Shown here: positions 12,068 to 23,193 of the stretch, one piece after another | How the letters are laid out: the number at the start of each line of letters is the position of its first letter | How positions within the stretch are numbered: position 1 is the stretch's first letter | From: Felis catus | Lineage: Eukaryota | NCBI RefSeq assembly: GCF_018350175.1 | Contig: NC_058370.1 | Coordinates: 310,001-374,000, forward strand | Direction of reading: 5' to 3' | DNA length: 64,000 nucleotides | Position numbers and translations under genes: made by a program | Notes under the pieces: generated by a model | Told to the model about the DNA's origin: nothing | Seen by the model: the letters and a program-made list of their open reading frames with translations, nothing else | The model's database searches: none

Positions 12068-12082
12068 GGTTGCCAGGCAACC
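12068..12082. promoter_or_regulatory. RFX X-box among GC boxes, probable LKAAEAR1 promoter element
   Basis: GGTTGCC-A-GGCAACC palindrome fits GTNRCC-N0-3-RGYAAC. It is flanked by GGCCCGCCCCC and GGGAGGGCGGG. Confidence 0.6.
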
Positions 12083-13068
12083 GCGTCAACAAGTCCAGGA
12101 GAGTCAGGGCTCAGTTGGAGGCTGAGACCCCGGAAGGCGGAAAGTATGGGGTGTACGGATGGGGGACAAGAGCCGGCCCCTCGACCAATGTAGCAAGAAT
12201 GAGTTGGGGGAGGGTGATGGCCTCCGGCAAATGCCACGTTGTGTGGCTCTGCCTGCGGCCCACAGTGGGCCAGAACCTGGCCCAGGGTCCGGGGCCTGAG
12301 GTGCTGTGGGCTCGGAAGGAAGGAGTCCTGCAGGGCTGAACCAGGCGCCCTGGGCGTTCCCGTCTCCTCTCTCGTGGGTCCTCCCCGCCCTATCACCTCC
12401 GTGGGCTCTGCTGTCATCTAGACCCAGCAGGGGACAGGCTAGGAAGACAGGGTTCCCCCCAAACACGTCCAGGGCAGCAACTGTCCAAGTTGCTTTCGGC
12501 CTCCCACAGACACACACCTCCCAGAAGGACATGAGTCCTCTGCCCAGGGCAAAACGGAAGCCCACCTACTCTCATCTCCAGCCCCTAACACTAAGGCCGA
12601 GTAGAGCAACCCGCCCCCCCCCGCCCCCCCCCCCCCCCCCCCGCTCCCGGGGTTGCAGTGCGGGGGCGGGGGGAGACTGGAGGTTTGCTGACTGACCGTC
12701 AACCACAGACATGGGGGACTGGGGCACACTGAGGGTCCCAGAATTGTGGGGAAGGGCCTGCCAAGCTTAACATGTTCTCTACCCTGGGTAGGGCCCCAGG
12801 TCTCCGCATTTTCTCGGTGGACAGAGAACCAGCCGGTGGGCAGGAAGGGAATTTCCTGAAACTCGGCGGATCAGAAATGTCTGGTTGACAGCAGGGGTAA
12901 GGAGGACGGGTGCTAGGCCCGCGCAAAGGTGCTGAGTCTGCAGATGCAGGACCTAAGGCCAGCTGCGGGGAATCTAGAAGGGCCAGAGCTGGGAGTGCAC
13001 GAGGGGGGAGGGGGGGGCCGGGCCGGTGCCAGTGGGACTCACTCTTCCCTCGGCAGAGCGGGCCGAGC

Positions 13069-13936
13069 ATGCAGTCGCCAGCAGAGAAGGAGGCCGGGCT
13101 CCGGGGCCCGCGGGAGCGAACCGGAAAGGGGTCCCTTGAGGAACGCGCCCGGGGGGCGCCCGCGGCGCAACCCCCCAAGCCAGGGTGGGCCCTGACGCTG
13201 GAGGGGCTGGCGGCCATGAGCTCCGCGCAGCGTCACCGCCACCTGCTCTTCGGTGACCAGCTTGAGGACGTGGGCGCGGCCGCCTCTATCTTCCCGCGCG
13301 AGTCAGTGGAGCTGGGGAGCCGTATGCCCGACCCGCGTGCGTGGACGCAGTCACCGGAGCCGCCCGGCGTGCGCGAGGACCGGCTCCTCGGCGTCCTCAA
13401 GGCAGCCGAGGCCCAGGGACGAATCCGCGCCTTGCGGCTGCGCTACATCCGCATGCGGGTGAGGCTCGGGGCCGGAAGGAAGGGGCGCGCAGGCGAGAGG
13501 GTTGCGGGGCGGGGAGGGGACACCAGCCCGGGTGCCCCGAGGAAAGGGGTGGGGGTGGGGGTGGGGGTGGGGGGCGCCCTGCAGGAGGCGGCGGGCGGAG
13601 CTAGGGCAAAACATCGCAGAGGCTTGGAGACCCGAACCCCCGCCCCACGACCCGCAGGCGGAGGAGATCTCGCTCCTCACCTGGCAGCAGAAGTCCGCGC
13701 GCGCCGCCATCCGGCTGGAGCTGTTCCTACCGCCGCAGCTGAAGCCCACGCGGATCCCAGACCCCCTGGATCGTCAAGAGGTGCCCACAAGCCCGGGAGG
13801 GGGCGGAGCGCGGGGGAGGGGGGTGCGTCCCGGCCCGCGTCCCCGCACACCTGGCCCCAGCCGCTCTCGCCCACAGAGGAGGCGCGTGGAGACCATCCTG
13901 GAGGAGAAAGTTGACGGCAGCGTCTTCCCACGTTGA
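13069..13936 (+). CDS. LKAAEAR1: LKAAEAR motif-containing protein 1 (C20orf201 ortholog), 190 aa. Exons 13069-13458, 13658-13780, 13877-13936
   Basis: PPKPGWALT...QRHRHLLFGD...RLLGVLKAAEAQGRIRALRLRYIRMR|AEEISLL...SARAAIRLELFLPPQLKP...DRQE|RRRVETILEEKVDGSVFPR*. GT-AG phase-0 introns give 390+123+60=573 nt. An acceptor at 13055-13056 implies an upstream non-coding exon. Confidence 0.93.
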
Positions 13937-14546
13937 CGCGGCCCCACCCTTCCACATAAAGTTCTCACGGTTCAAGCGCCGCCTGGTCATTAAGACCCCT
14001 CTCTCCAGGTTCCCCGGGGAGGGAGGGGGGGGCGGGTATGGATGCCGCCTTCTCTGCGTCCGATGTCACAGACATCGGGAGACACAGAGTGGGGCCCCTC
14101 CAACAAAGTAGAAGTGTGCAAGTGGGCAGGCGTCAGATCAGCAGAGGACGCTGATGATCCCTCAAGCCCTGGGGCTGTCCCCATCCGGCAACCTGGTGCC
14201 CTGCAAGTCTGTGAGAGCCCCCAGTCTGAGGGGACAGGAGTAAGAATCTGATGGGCAACGGTCACACCTCCAGAAGAAGAGCAACCTCAGGGAGAAAGTG
14301 GGGCCCAAGTGGGGCCCCGGATTGGGGGTCATTCCATCAGGGATCAGAGAGGAGGGTGGCCTTCTGGGCAGGGAGAGGGACTGCACAAGCCAAAGGTGGT
14401 CTTTGGAACCAGCCGTGCCCAGGAGGTCCTCCAGAGGACGGAGACTGGGGAAGGGGAGACCCCCTCAGGGAGGCCTGCACTACCCCACAGAAAACCACCT
14501 TACCATCCTGAATGACCTCTTCAGTTCTGCTCGATCCCCCTTACGC

Positions 14547-14608
14547 CGCGCGCACACGCGCGCACACACACACGCGCGCGCACACACACACGCACGCGCG
14601 CGCATATG
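14547..14608. repeat. 62-bp perfect alternating pyrimidine-purine (CG/CA) tract
   Basis: CGCGCGCACACGCGCGCACACACACACGCGCGCGCACACACACACGCACGCGCGCGCATATG read directly. Confidence 0.9.
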
Positions 14609-17459
14609 GAAAGGAACCACCCCCCCACACACACACCGTGTCCCATTCTGGCAAACCCACTTCCGGCAAACCCTCTGGACTCTGAATAGTCTCCCAAGTT
14701 TCTGGATATGTCTCCCCTTAGAGAGCTTACTCTTCTCCCAGACACAAGCTCTTTGTAGAGCCTGGAACTTGGCCGCCTTTCCCTTTTCTTCCCTCCTGGT
14801 CTCTAGCCGGCTCCAGAGGTGGGGGCTGAAAGAACTCAGACAGGTCATGTCTGAGTGGGCCCACAGCAAAGAACTGATCCTGGCGGGGGGGGGGGGGGGG
14901 GGGGGGTCATGCTTTACCCACAGAGGTCAGAGCAGGGTCCAGTAAAGACTCCTGCTCAGTGGTGGTGAGTGCCCCTCCCTGACCCGGCTCAGGACGGGGA
15001 CCTAGCCTCATGGGGATGTGGGCCCTCTGAGCCCTCAGCAAGCCCTTCTCTCCTTGCACCTGACCCTTCACCCATTCTGGACTGTTGCTGCCCTGGCCTT
15101 GATCCAAGCCCAGAACTGTGTGTGGAAGCTGGCTTCTGTGGCAGCTCTGGGAGGGAGGGGAGGGCTGTGTGTGGCAGCTGTGGGTGGGGGCTGATCTTTT
15201 AGGCAGAGAGGGGGAAGGAGAAACAGGGGAAGAGAAGGTGGCTTGGGCTGAGGACAGAGATCTCTGTCCAGGAGTGGTGGCCACTTACACCCGGACACGA
15301 ACGAGGAGGCTGATAGCCAGCCCTGACTCCCCTGGCCAAGCCCCCTTGTGATATGGACCCAAGCATCCTGTCCCTTGGGGATGTGCTGATCACCTAGGAT
15401 GACTTCCTCTGCTTGGTAAACACGTATTTAATTTCATCACTTGTCTGAGTCTCCATTTCTTTATCTTTAAAATAGAGATCTGGAGGGTCTCACCCGGGCT
15501 GTGAGTGAACACAGTGAGTGTCCCATAAGGGTATGGTCACTCTGCATCAGGCAAACACAAGAGGACAGAGGCACAAGACAGACACACAAAGCCCTGAGAA
15601 GACCAGCAAGAGGCCTCACAGGTAGCTCTGCATTGAGCTGGCACGGGGCGGGGGGGGTGGGGGGGGGGGAATCGCTGCACCAGGGAAGGGGCCCTAGCTC
15701 TGCAGAGGAATCCAGGGAAAGTGGCTGAGGACATTTCTGCCGGGCCCAGAAGAGGCTTCTGCTATGGGAGAGTGCAGCATGTGGGCCAGGACTCAATGTC
15801 CTGGGGACTGTAAGGGATCAGGTTGGTCCTGGAGCTGGGATCCTGCTCATGCTCTGGACAGCGAGTGCTGGGTTCAAGTCCCATGTCCACCATTATCTGC
15901 TGCATGGCTTTGAACCAGTTCCTTCCCAGCCCATCTGGATCCCTCCCATGGAATATGGGGCACTCTCTGTTGAGACGGGCTCACCGGAGGAGGTGCAGGA
16001 GACCCAGAAAGGCCAGGGCAAGGGGAACAGAGTGCACAGCCAAGTGGCCAGAGGAGGTACAGTGTATGGAGGGCTGGGAGGGCAGAGACGCTGTAGAGTG
16101 GCATGAGTGCAGGGAGAAGCGTGTGACCCCACACTTGGTCAGCTGCCCCACACATCTCTCAGGAGGTGGGTGGAGACTCCACACCAAGCACAGTGGGATC
16201 CGTGTGGCTGTGTGACACTGACCAGGTGCTGACCTGTCCTTGTAGGACCTACCTCTCAGGACTGTTACCTAGGTTAAATAAGAAGCTTCTGGCCTCTGGC
16301 CTCCCCTGGCCAGCCCGTCAGCCAGATAGCTCTGTGGCCATGCCAGCCGAGGCCTCTGGGCACACAGCGTCAAGAGGCACCCCAGCCCCCAGGGCCCCTC
16401 TCGCCTCCCTGACCTTGTGCCACCCTCTCCTCCAGCGCGGCCCCCACTCTCCCAGGCCCCCGCACTGCTGTCCTGCCAACACCGTCCTTTGCTGAAGGAC
16501 ACCCCCCTCCTTGGCTGTATGGCTCTCCTTAGCCCTCCTCACCTCTCACCCAGTCTGCCAGTCTGTTTCTTGTCTGCTCCAGGGCTGGCCTATCTGACTT
16601 ACTGTTAGGTGCCACCGCCTGGCGCACAGGGAACACCCAGATGATCGCCGAATGAAGAGCACATACAAAAATCTCCACTTCCCTTTACATCTTGAAGAAG
16701 AGTTCTGAAAAGCGTGTGCATATCGGCTTGTGCAATTGGAAGGCATTTTGTGAGCGGGACCCGGGCATCAGGAACTGACCAAGCTGAGTCCCTGCACCGG
16801 GGACAGGAGATGCACATGGTCCAAGGCCAGGGGGACGCAGACACTCTGCAGCCCATTTCCAGAGCAGCGTCAGGGCTGCTCTGGCACTGGCCCAAAGCAT
16901 GCCAGGATAAGAAATTTAACTGACAGCTGTAACAGAGCAAAAAATATCAGGAGAGTCAGCCAAAGAGAAGGGACAGGGCATTCGTTGCAAAAGGGAGGGT
17001 GTGGCTTTAAGCTTGAGGACATCTCAGGGCAACTGGAGGGGTTGGAAAAGACTCAGGCCCCACAGACAGGAACATTTGGTGACTCCAGATGTAGGAACCC
17101 ATACCGCCAGTATCCACCAGCACCCGGGCACAGGACGCCCCCTTTCTTGGGAAGCCCCCTAGAACCCTGTGCCAGTGAGCTCTTAACCCCACTTTACAGG
17201 CGACAGCACATAGTCGCAGGGAGGCTAGGCCTGGGCCTGGAGGAACCACTATACAGTCCTTTCCAGGCTGGCAAGGAGCATATAGGACCGCAGGGTCTCA
17301 AGGGCTCTTGTGCCCAGGCACTGGACCAGAGTCTCAGGGGCACCCACAAGAGTGGCAAAGCTGGACCGGCCCCCCTGAACAGAGTGGAGGACACGACCAC
17401 ACCCCCATCTACTGCAGTGCCATTTCAGGCCGCCCTGCGTCCAGAGGCCCCATCATTAG

Positions 17460-17960
17460 CACCTCGTCTCCACGGGCCACCCTAAGCGACGGTGGGCACC
17501 TGGGTGCCCCGCCGAATCTAACGGGACGTGGGGAGGGGGCGGGTGGGGAGCAAGGCCAGCCGAGCGCGGGGCGGGGCGCGCCTGGCAGGGCGGGCCGGGC
17601 GCCTCCCCGCGCGAGGAAGTCCCGGCCCCGCGCTTTGGGGAAGTGCAGCCGAGGCGCCTGCGCACTGCACCCTGCGCCCCCTCCCCGACTATCGGGCCGG
17701 ACCTCGGGGCGCGCGGGCCGGCGGCGGCGGCGCGAGCGGCTCGGGAGCGCGGCCGGTGAGTGCGCGCGCGCGGCGCCGAGGACGGCGGCCCTGCCCCTCC
17801 CGACCTGGGGCCCGGGGGCCGTCCCGGGCGGGAGCCTCAGGACCCGGCACCCCGATCCGCACCCCCACGGACTCCAGCCGCGGGGTCCACGTGGACCCTG
17901 GGCCGCGGCGGGACGGGAGCCAGTTCCCCGCGCGTGGGGGAGGGGGCGCTGCAAACCGGT
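17460..17960. promoter_or_regulatory. CpG-island bidirectional promoter of OPRL1 (-) and RGS19 (+), including RGS19 non-coding exon 1 ending at 17755
   Basis: Dense CpG, GC boxes (GGGGCGGGGC 17569-17578), ETS-like AGGAAGT and GGGAAGT, and donor CG|GTGAGT at 17756. The head-to-head ORL1/GAIP promoter is established in human. The OPRL1 exon 1 donor is not certain (candidates near 17461 and 17499). Confidence 0.8.
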
Positions 17961-19227
17961 TCCCCTTTTTCTGCAGCTCAAAGCCTGGGGAAGTGATTGC
18001 TCAAAGGGGGGGGGGGGCCGGAAGAACCCAGGTTTCCGCGTCTCCCGCCCCCCGCCCAGCCTGTTGGGGAGGGGCCGAGGCGGGACACCCTGTCCGTCCC
18101 CACCCCTGCCCCCTTGGATCTGGCAGCCACTCACCCTGCGAGGCGCAGGGGAGGCACTGCGCCCCCGGCCCCAGCTGATCTGGGGCTCCCGGCGCCGGCC
18201 TCCCTCCAGAACGCCGCAGGAGTACCTCCTGCCGTCTGACTTGAGTCCCGGCTGCTGCAGTGCACGCCCCTTCGGCAGCCAGGGTGGGGCCCAGAGGGAA
18301 CCTGGCCTCTCCCGCCCCCACCTCGCCTTTGGGTCGATGGTGAGTGGGGCGCCGTGGCGAGTTCCTTGAGGTAGGGGTGGGGGCGTCAGAGGCTGGAGGA
18401 AGGGGCCCCTGAAGGAGACAAGCTCTACCAGGCCAGACCTTGCCAGCAGAGAGAGAAAGAGAGAGAGAAATGGGTCGCCCCCACCTCTGCAGTGGGGGCA
18501 AGGGTCATCAGGCTTAGGAAGACCTGGCCAGCCTTGGAGGAGCCAGGCAGGGGCTCCCCCACCAGCTGAACGGGGGTAGCCTAGGGAAGGTACTGAGTAC
18601 CATCAGAAGCAGGGAATGGAGCCCCTTTGTCCACCCTCCTCCCAAAGGTTATGGCATTTTTTTCTGGGATTGTCACATTTTCTTATTCTTTTTTTGGACT
18701 GGGCGGGCTCGGGGACGTTCTTTTTCCTTCTGTGGAGCAGAGTAGCAGCCGCTCCCAAGGGAGCCTCTCTGTCCCCAGAGGCCAGGCTTGCTGCCTGTCC
18801 AGCCCCTCCCATCCCAGACTTGGGGGCCAGAGCCTAAGGGGCTGGGAAATGCCAGCAAAATGCCAGGATGAGGGAGGGGCAGGGACCCTAGTTCAGGCCT
18901 TATGTGACCTCGGGGGGAGCGGAGTGGGGGGGGGGGGACGGGGCGGAAACAGGTGGCCCCAGTCAGCCTCAGGAAGGTGCAGGGAGCCAGGCCCAGGCCT
19001 GCAGCTAGGAGAGAAGACATTGACCCCAAAGTCAGCCTCCAGCCTCAGAGCCCCTAGCACGTGGGCCTGCACCCTCGGACGGGGCCCCTCCTCCAATTCA
19101 GAGCCAAGCCTCCGGGGGCTAGGGAGTGGAGTGGGGACAGAGCCCTGCCCCCACTCACGGTGGGTGGGGGCGCAGAGGAGGAAGAGCAGTTTTCTGCCTG
19201 GCTACCAGACCTCAGAAGTTGCCACAC

Positions 19228-19279
19228 CCCTTCCCTTCCCTTCCCTTCCCTTCTTCCCTTCCCTTCCCTTCCCTTCCCT
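19228..19279. repeat. (CCCTT)n microsatellite
   Basis: About 10 tandem CCCTT units with one interruption. Confidence 0.9.
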
Positions 19280-20867
19280 AGAAGCTTGACCCCTGAGGGA
19301 AGGGCAAGCTGTGGGGCTGCTGCTTCCCCATCTTCTCGCTGGGAGTCTGTGGGACCCTAGACTTTACCCTAGTTCTGGGTCAGGGCAGGGCCTCGGCATC
19401 CCCGCACCCGGGAGGAAAGGGGGCCCTAAGTAGTGCCTACCTCGGGCACTGCCGCCTCAGATCGCCGCTCACATGCAGTCCTGGCATCTCTGCTCCCAGA
19501 GCTGCCTGACCTGATTCTGCTGTGATGCCTACCCTAGAGCGTCCGCCTCCCCCTGCCCTGGGAGACCCCAAGATGGGCCAAACAAGGATAAAAAGACCAC
19601 AAGCTGAGGGAGGGGGGCAGCAGGGAGGATGGTAGTTAAATGAGAAAATAAAGTGAAAGCAAGTCACGAGGCTCCTGGCCACCAAGATGAGGGTGTGGGG
19701 GTGGGACTGGACGGCTCAGGAGGGCCCTTGTCAGCTGTGCAGGGGAGCACCCCAGGCCCTGGGGGTCCTCACCTAGGCCAAGAAGGACACAGGCAAATGC
19801 GGTGGTGGAAAGGCATTTAAGACTGCTCCCCAAGGGCACTGATGGGCCCTCCTGGCATGGATGCTGGGATCTATGGTTGGCCTCCCCTGGGGTGGGGGTG
19901 GGGGGATCAGACTCCTAACCCTGACTTGAGGCTTTGGTGCCCAGTGCCCCCTGCGCGCCTCCCCCATGAAACACGGGTGTGGACGCTGAGATGGAGGCTG
20001 GCCCTCACCCCTTCCAGGGACCCCGCATCTCTGACAGCCCAGCCCATTGCTGTCCCCCCCCCCGCTCCCCTCCCCCACCGGCACACCAGGCCCGGTTGGC
20101 CTCGGCAGCCTGGCAGGGGAGGGGGAAGGGAGGCCGGGAGACCCTGGGTGTGGTAAGGTGCCAGCTAGGGTTGGGGTGCCAGGGGCAGCGCCCAGGACCA
20201 AGGAGCCACAGGCCCCCAGGCCCTCCTCACCCATGCCCCGCTGCATTCCCACACCCTCAGAAAATCCTGCCCCAGTCAGATCCTTCACGCTGGAGGCCTA
20301 GTCAGCCGCAGACATGTTGGAACCCCCCCGGGGCCACCTGGCAAATCTGGACTCCTAGTGGGGAGCAATCCTCCTGCAGAAAACCCAGAACAGAGGGAGC
20401 TGAGGAAGGGGGTCTGAATGTCTGACCGCTACCCTTATGCGTTAACCTGACAGCCCCAGACTCCTGGGGGCCCCCAGCCCCTTGGGAGGGGCCAGGAGCC
20501 GGAAACCAAGAAAGAGGAACCCAGACTTCCGGCTTCCCAGGGACAGAGCAAATGGGGGTGTCCCGGAACCTTCTGTGGAGATCTCGTCTGGGGCCCCCTC
20601 CTCACTGCCCCTGCCCCTGCTCACAGCCCTGGTGTAGGCTGGGGGCAGAGGTAGGAGCCTGAACAGAGTGGTCTAAAGCGGGCGGCTGCTCCCCCCAGGG
20701 CTCCTGGAAGGAGGGAGAGACTCTCAGGACCCCTTCTAGGGGACAGTGGAGACTGTGGTCTCAGGTTCTCAGGGAGAACCTCCACCTCTCTTCTCAGACT
20801 CTCAGGCTGTGGTGAGAGGGTCCCGGAGCCAGCACCACGGAGCCGGGGCGGCCTCCACCACCCACCC

Positions 20868-23193
20868 ATGCCCACCCCACATGAGACTGAGAAGCAGGTG
20901 CACCACCTACACCCCTGTCTCTGCCCCCCTTTGTGGGATCGGGGAGGGGGGAGACCCTTGAACACCCGGGAGGCCGGGAGGGCGACCACCGAGGGGAGTC
21001 AGGGAAGAGGTGTGTGTGGGGCCCTGGGTTCTGGCCTGGAGCTGAGGAAGCCCCCATCTCACCAGCACATAGGGCCAGAGGAGGCAGACCAGCCCCCCTC
21101 GATGTCCAGTCATGACGCGGCCCCCCCGGCTGCCCCCAGCCGCAACCCCTGCTGCTTGTGCTGGTGTTGCTGTTGCGGCTGTTCCTGGTACGTGGGGATG
21201 GGGGCGGGGGGGGGGGGCAGGGGGGGTAATACAGGAGGGGACTGAGCAAGGAAGGTGGGCTGAGCAGACATAAGGCCCGGGGTCCTGCCGCTGGACCCTC
21301 GGATGGGTTCTGAGGGGTCACCTGAAGGCAGGACGCCTCTGCTGCCCACAGCTCTCTACAGGGGTTGTTGGGCCCTGGTGACCCGTCGCCGATGCCCCGA
21401 CCCCTCTGTACGTGTGACTTTCGTGCCTGGTGTGTGCCTGAGGGTGTGTCCATGTGCAAGCACCTGGCCGACCCACATGTGTGTGCACTCATTTGCTTAC
21501 TCAGCACATGCTTATTGAGGCCGCTGTGATCCAGCCTAAGCTGGCCCTGGGCACTTACAGAAGGACAAGACAGAAGCAGGTCCTACAGACTGTTAGGCGG
21601 GAGGACACTGGGCAGAGACCCGGCCCAGGGATGACAGGGACAGGCTTCCAGAGCGGCCATGCCAGAGGGCAGCTGTGGGGCCTCCCCGTGCTAACGGGCT
21701 TCTCTAGTGTGGAGAAGCTCTTGGGAGTTTTCACACCTTGCAGAGGCCTGGTCCTATTCAGGCTTCCAGCTCGTGGATGTTGAGTGGCCAGCGCCGTGGA
21801 CCCAAAGGGGGATCTGCTGACCAGTGAGCAATTCCAGCCCGGGGCGGGAGAAGGGCGGCCTGAGGGCAGAGGTGGGAGGCCATGAAGAATTAGGACGCAC
21901 TGAGAATTGGGCTGCGGGGGTCAAGGGAGAGTTTGGGGTCTAGCAGGCAGGGGAAGGGAAGAGGGCAGGTCTGTCTGGATGTTTGGGTTTGAGATGTCCG
22001 TTAGACATTTCACTGGCCCTACAGAGATCTGGCTGGAGGCATGGATATGGGAGCCAGCACTGACGCAGTGAGGAGCCAAGGGAGGGAAGAAGGCTCCCTG
22101 GGGAGAATCTGCAGTCACACTCGGAGGCTGGGGCTTTCCTACTGCATCAGCTGGGGCCTCTGGGAGAAAGGGGTCGGGGCTGAGGTCGGGCCAGGAAGGG
22201 AGGGGCACACCAGGAATCTGTGAAGTCCCAAAGGCTGCAAGACGGTAAAGGTCTCCCCCCAGCACCGGTGAAACTGCCTTGGCCCCAGGGGAGAGACCGG
22301 AGGGAGGGGCGAAGGGCAGCCCGTGCAGACACTCCTTCCCTGGAGGGTGTGAAGGGAGCAGACTCCAGGGCTGCCTACCTGCAGGGGGTTTACACCCGGG
22401 CCGAGAGCCCCCAGGCCACACGTTCACGTGGAACACATCTGTGTGTGTGTGTGTGTGCGCGCGCGCGCGCGCGCCAAGACCACGTGTGCCAAGGAGGCCA
22501 GCGCCACCTTTCCCTCTGCGGTTAGGAACGAAGAGCGGCGGCGAGCGTGGCGGGCCTCCCGGGAGAACAAGCTGCAGCCCCTCCCCAGCTGCGAGGCGTG
22601 GTAGGTGTGGCCAGCCGTGCGCGCGCGCGTGTCCGGGGGGCGGGGGCGCGCGCCTGACCTGGCCTGGCGGGGAATGCCCACAGCGCCACGCCAAGCCCAG
22701 AGGAGGTGCGGAGCTGGGCGCAGTCGTTCGACAAGCTGATGCACAGCCCGGCGGGCCGAAGCGTGTTCCGGGAGTTCCTGCGCACCGAGTACAGCGAGGA
22801 GAACATGCTCTTCTGGCTGGCCTGCGAGGAGCTCAAGGCCGAGGCCAACCAGCACGTGGTGGATGAGAAAGCCAGGCTCATCTACGAGGACTACGTGTCC
22901 ATCCTGTCCCCCAAGGAGGTGCACCGCCTTGTGGACCAGGGCTGGGGGCGGGGGCGGGGGTGGCGGGGGGAGCCTCCTGACGGTGGCATCCTGTCCCACA
23001 GGTGAGCCTGGACTCCCGAGTGCGGGAAGGCATTAACAAGAAGATGCAGGAGCCTTCGGCGCACACATTCGACGATGCGCAGCTGCAGATCTACACCCTC
23101 ATGCACCGGGACTCCTACCCGCGCTTCCTCAGCTCTCCCACCTACCGTGCCCTGCTGTTCCAGGGAAGCTCCCAGTCCTCCAACGAGGCCTAG
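20868..23193 (+). CDS. RGS19: Regulator of G-protein signalling 19 (GAIP), 217 aa. Exons 20868-20897, 21066-21187, 22526-22600, 22684-22918, 23002-23193
   Basis: MPTPHETEKQ|HIGPEE...NPCCLCWCCCCGCSW (cysteine string), RGS box SWAQSFDKLMHSPAGRSVFREFLRTEYSEENMLFWLACEELK...MHRDSYPRFL. 30+122+75+235+192=654 nt. Confidence 0.98.
22440..22474. repeat. (TG)9(CG)8 compound repeat
   Basis: Read directly. It ends 51 nt before the RGS19 acceptor at 22526. Confidence 0.9.

Noticed and set aside
12910-13068. N-terminal extension of LKAAEAR1 from GTG 12910
   Set aside because: A good acceptor at 13055-13056 and similarity beginning at ATG 13069 indicate this part is intron.
13390-13416. Namesake motif reads LKAAEAQ rather than LKAAEAR
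   Set aside because: A single substitution in an otherwise intact ORF, with no known function to assess it against.
17458-17470. 12-mer GCACCTCGTCTC shared with 43020-43031, near two promoters
   Set aside because: One 12-nt match in 64 kb of GC-rich DNA is compatible with chance, and I know no motif for it.
17308-18369. 353-aa and 241-aa ORFs over the CpG island
   Set aside because: Stop-poor GC-rich promoter DNA giving Arg/Gly/Pro/Ala low-complexity translations. The same applies to the ORFs at 32268-33609.
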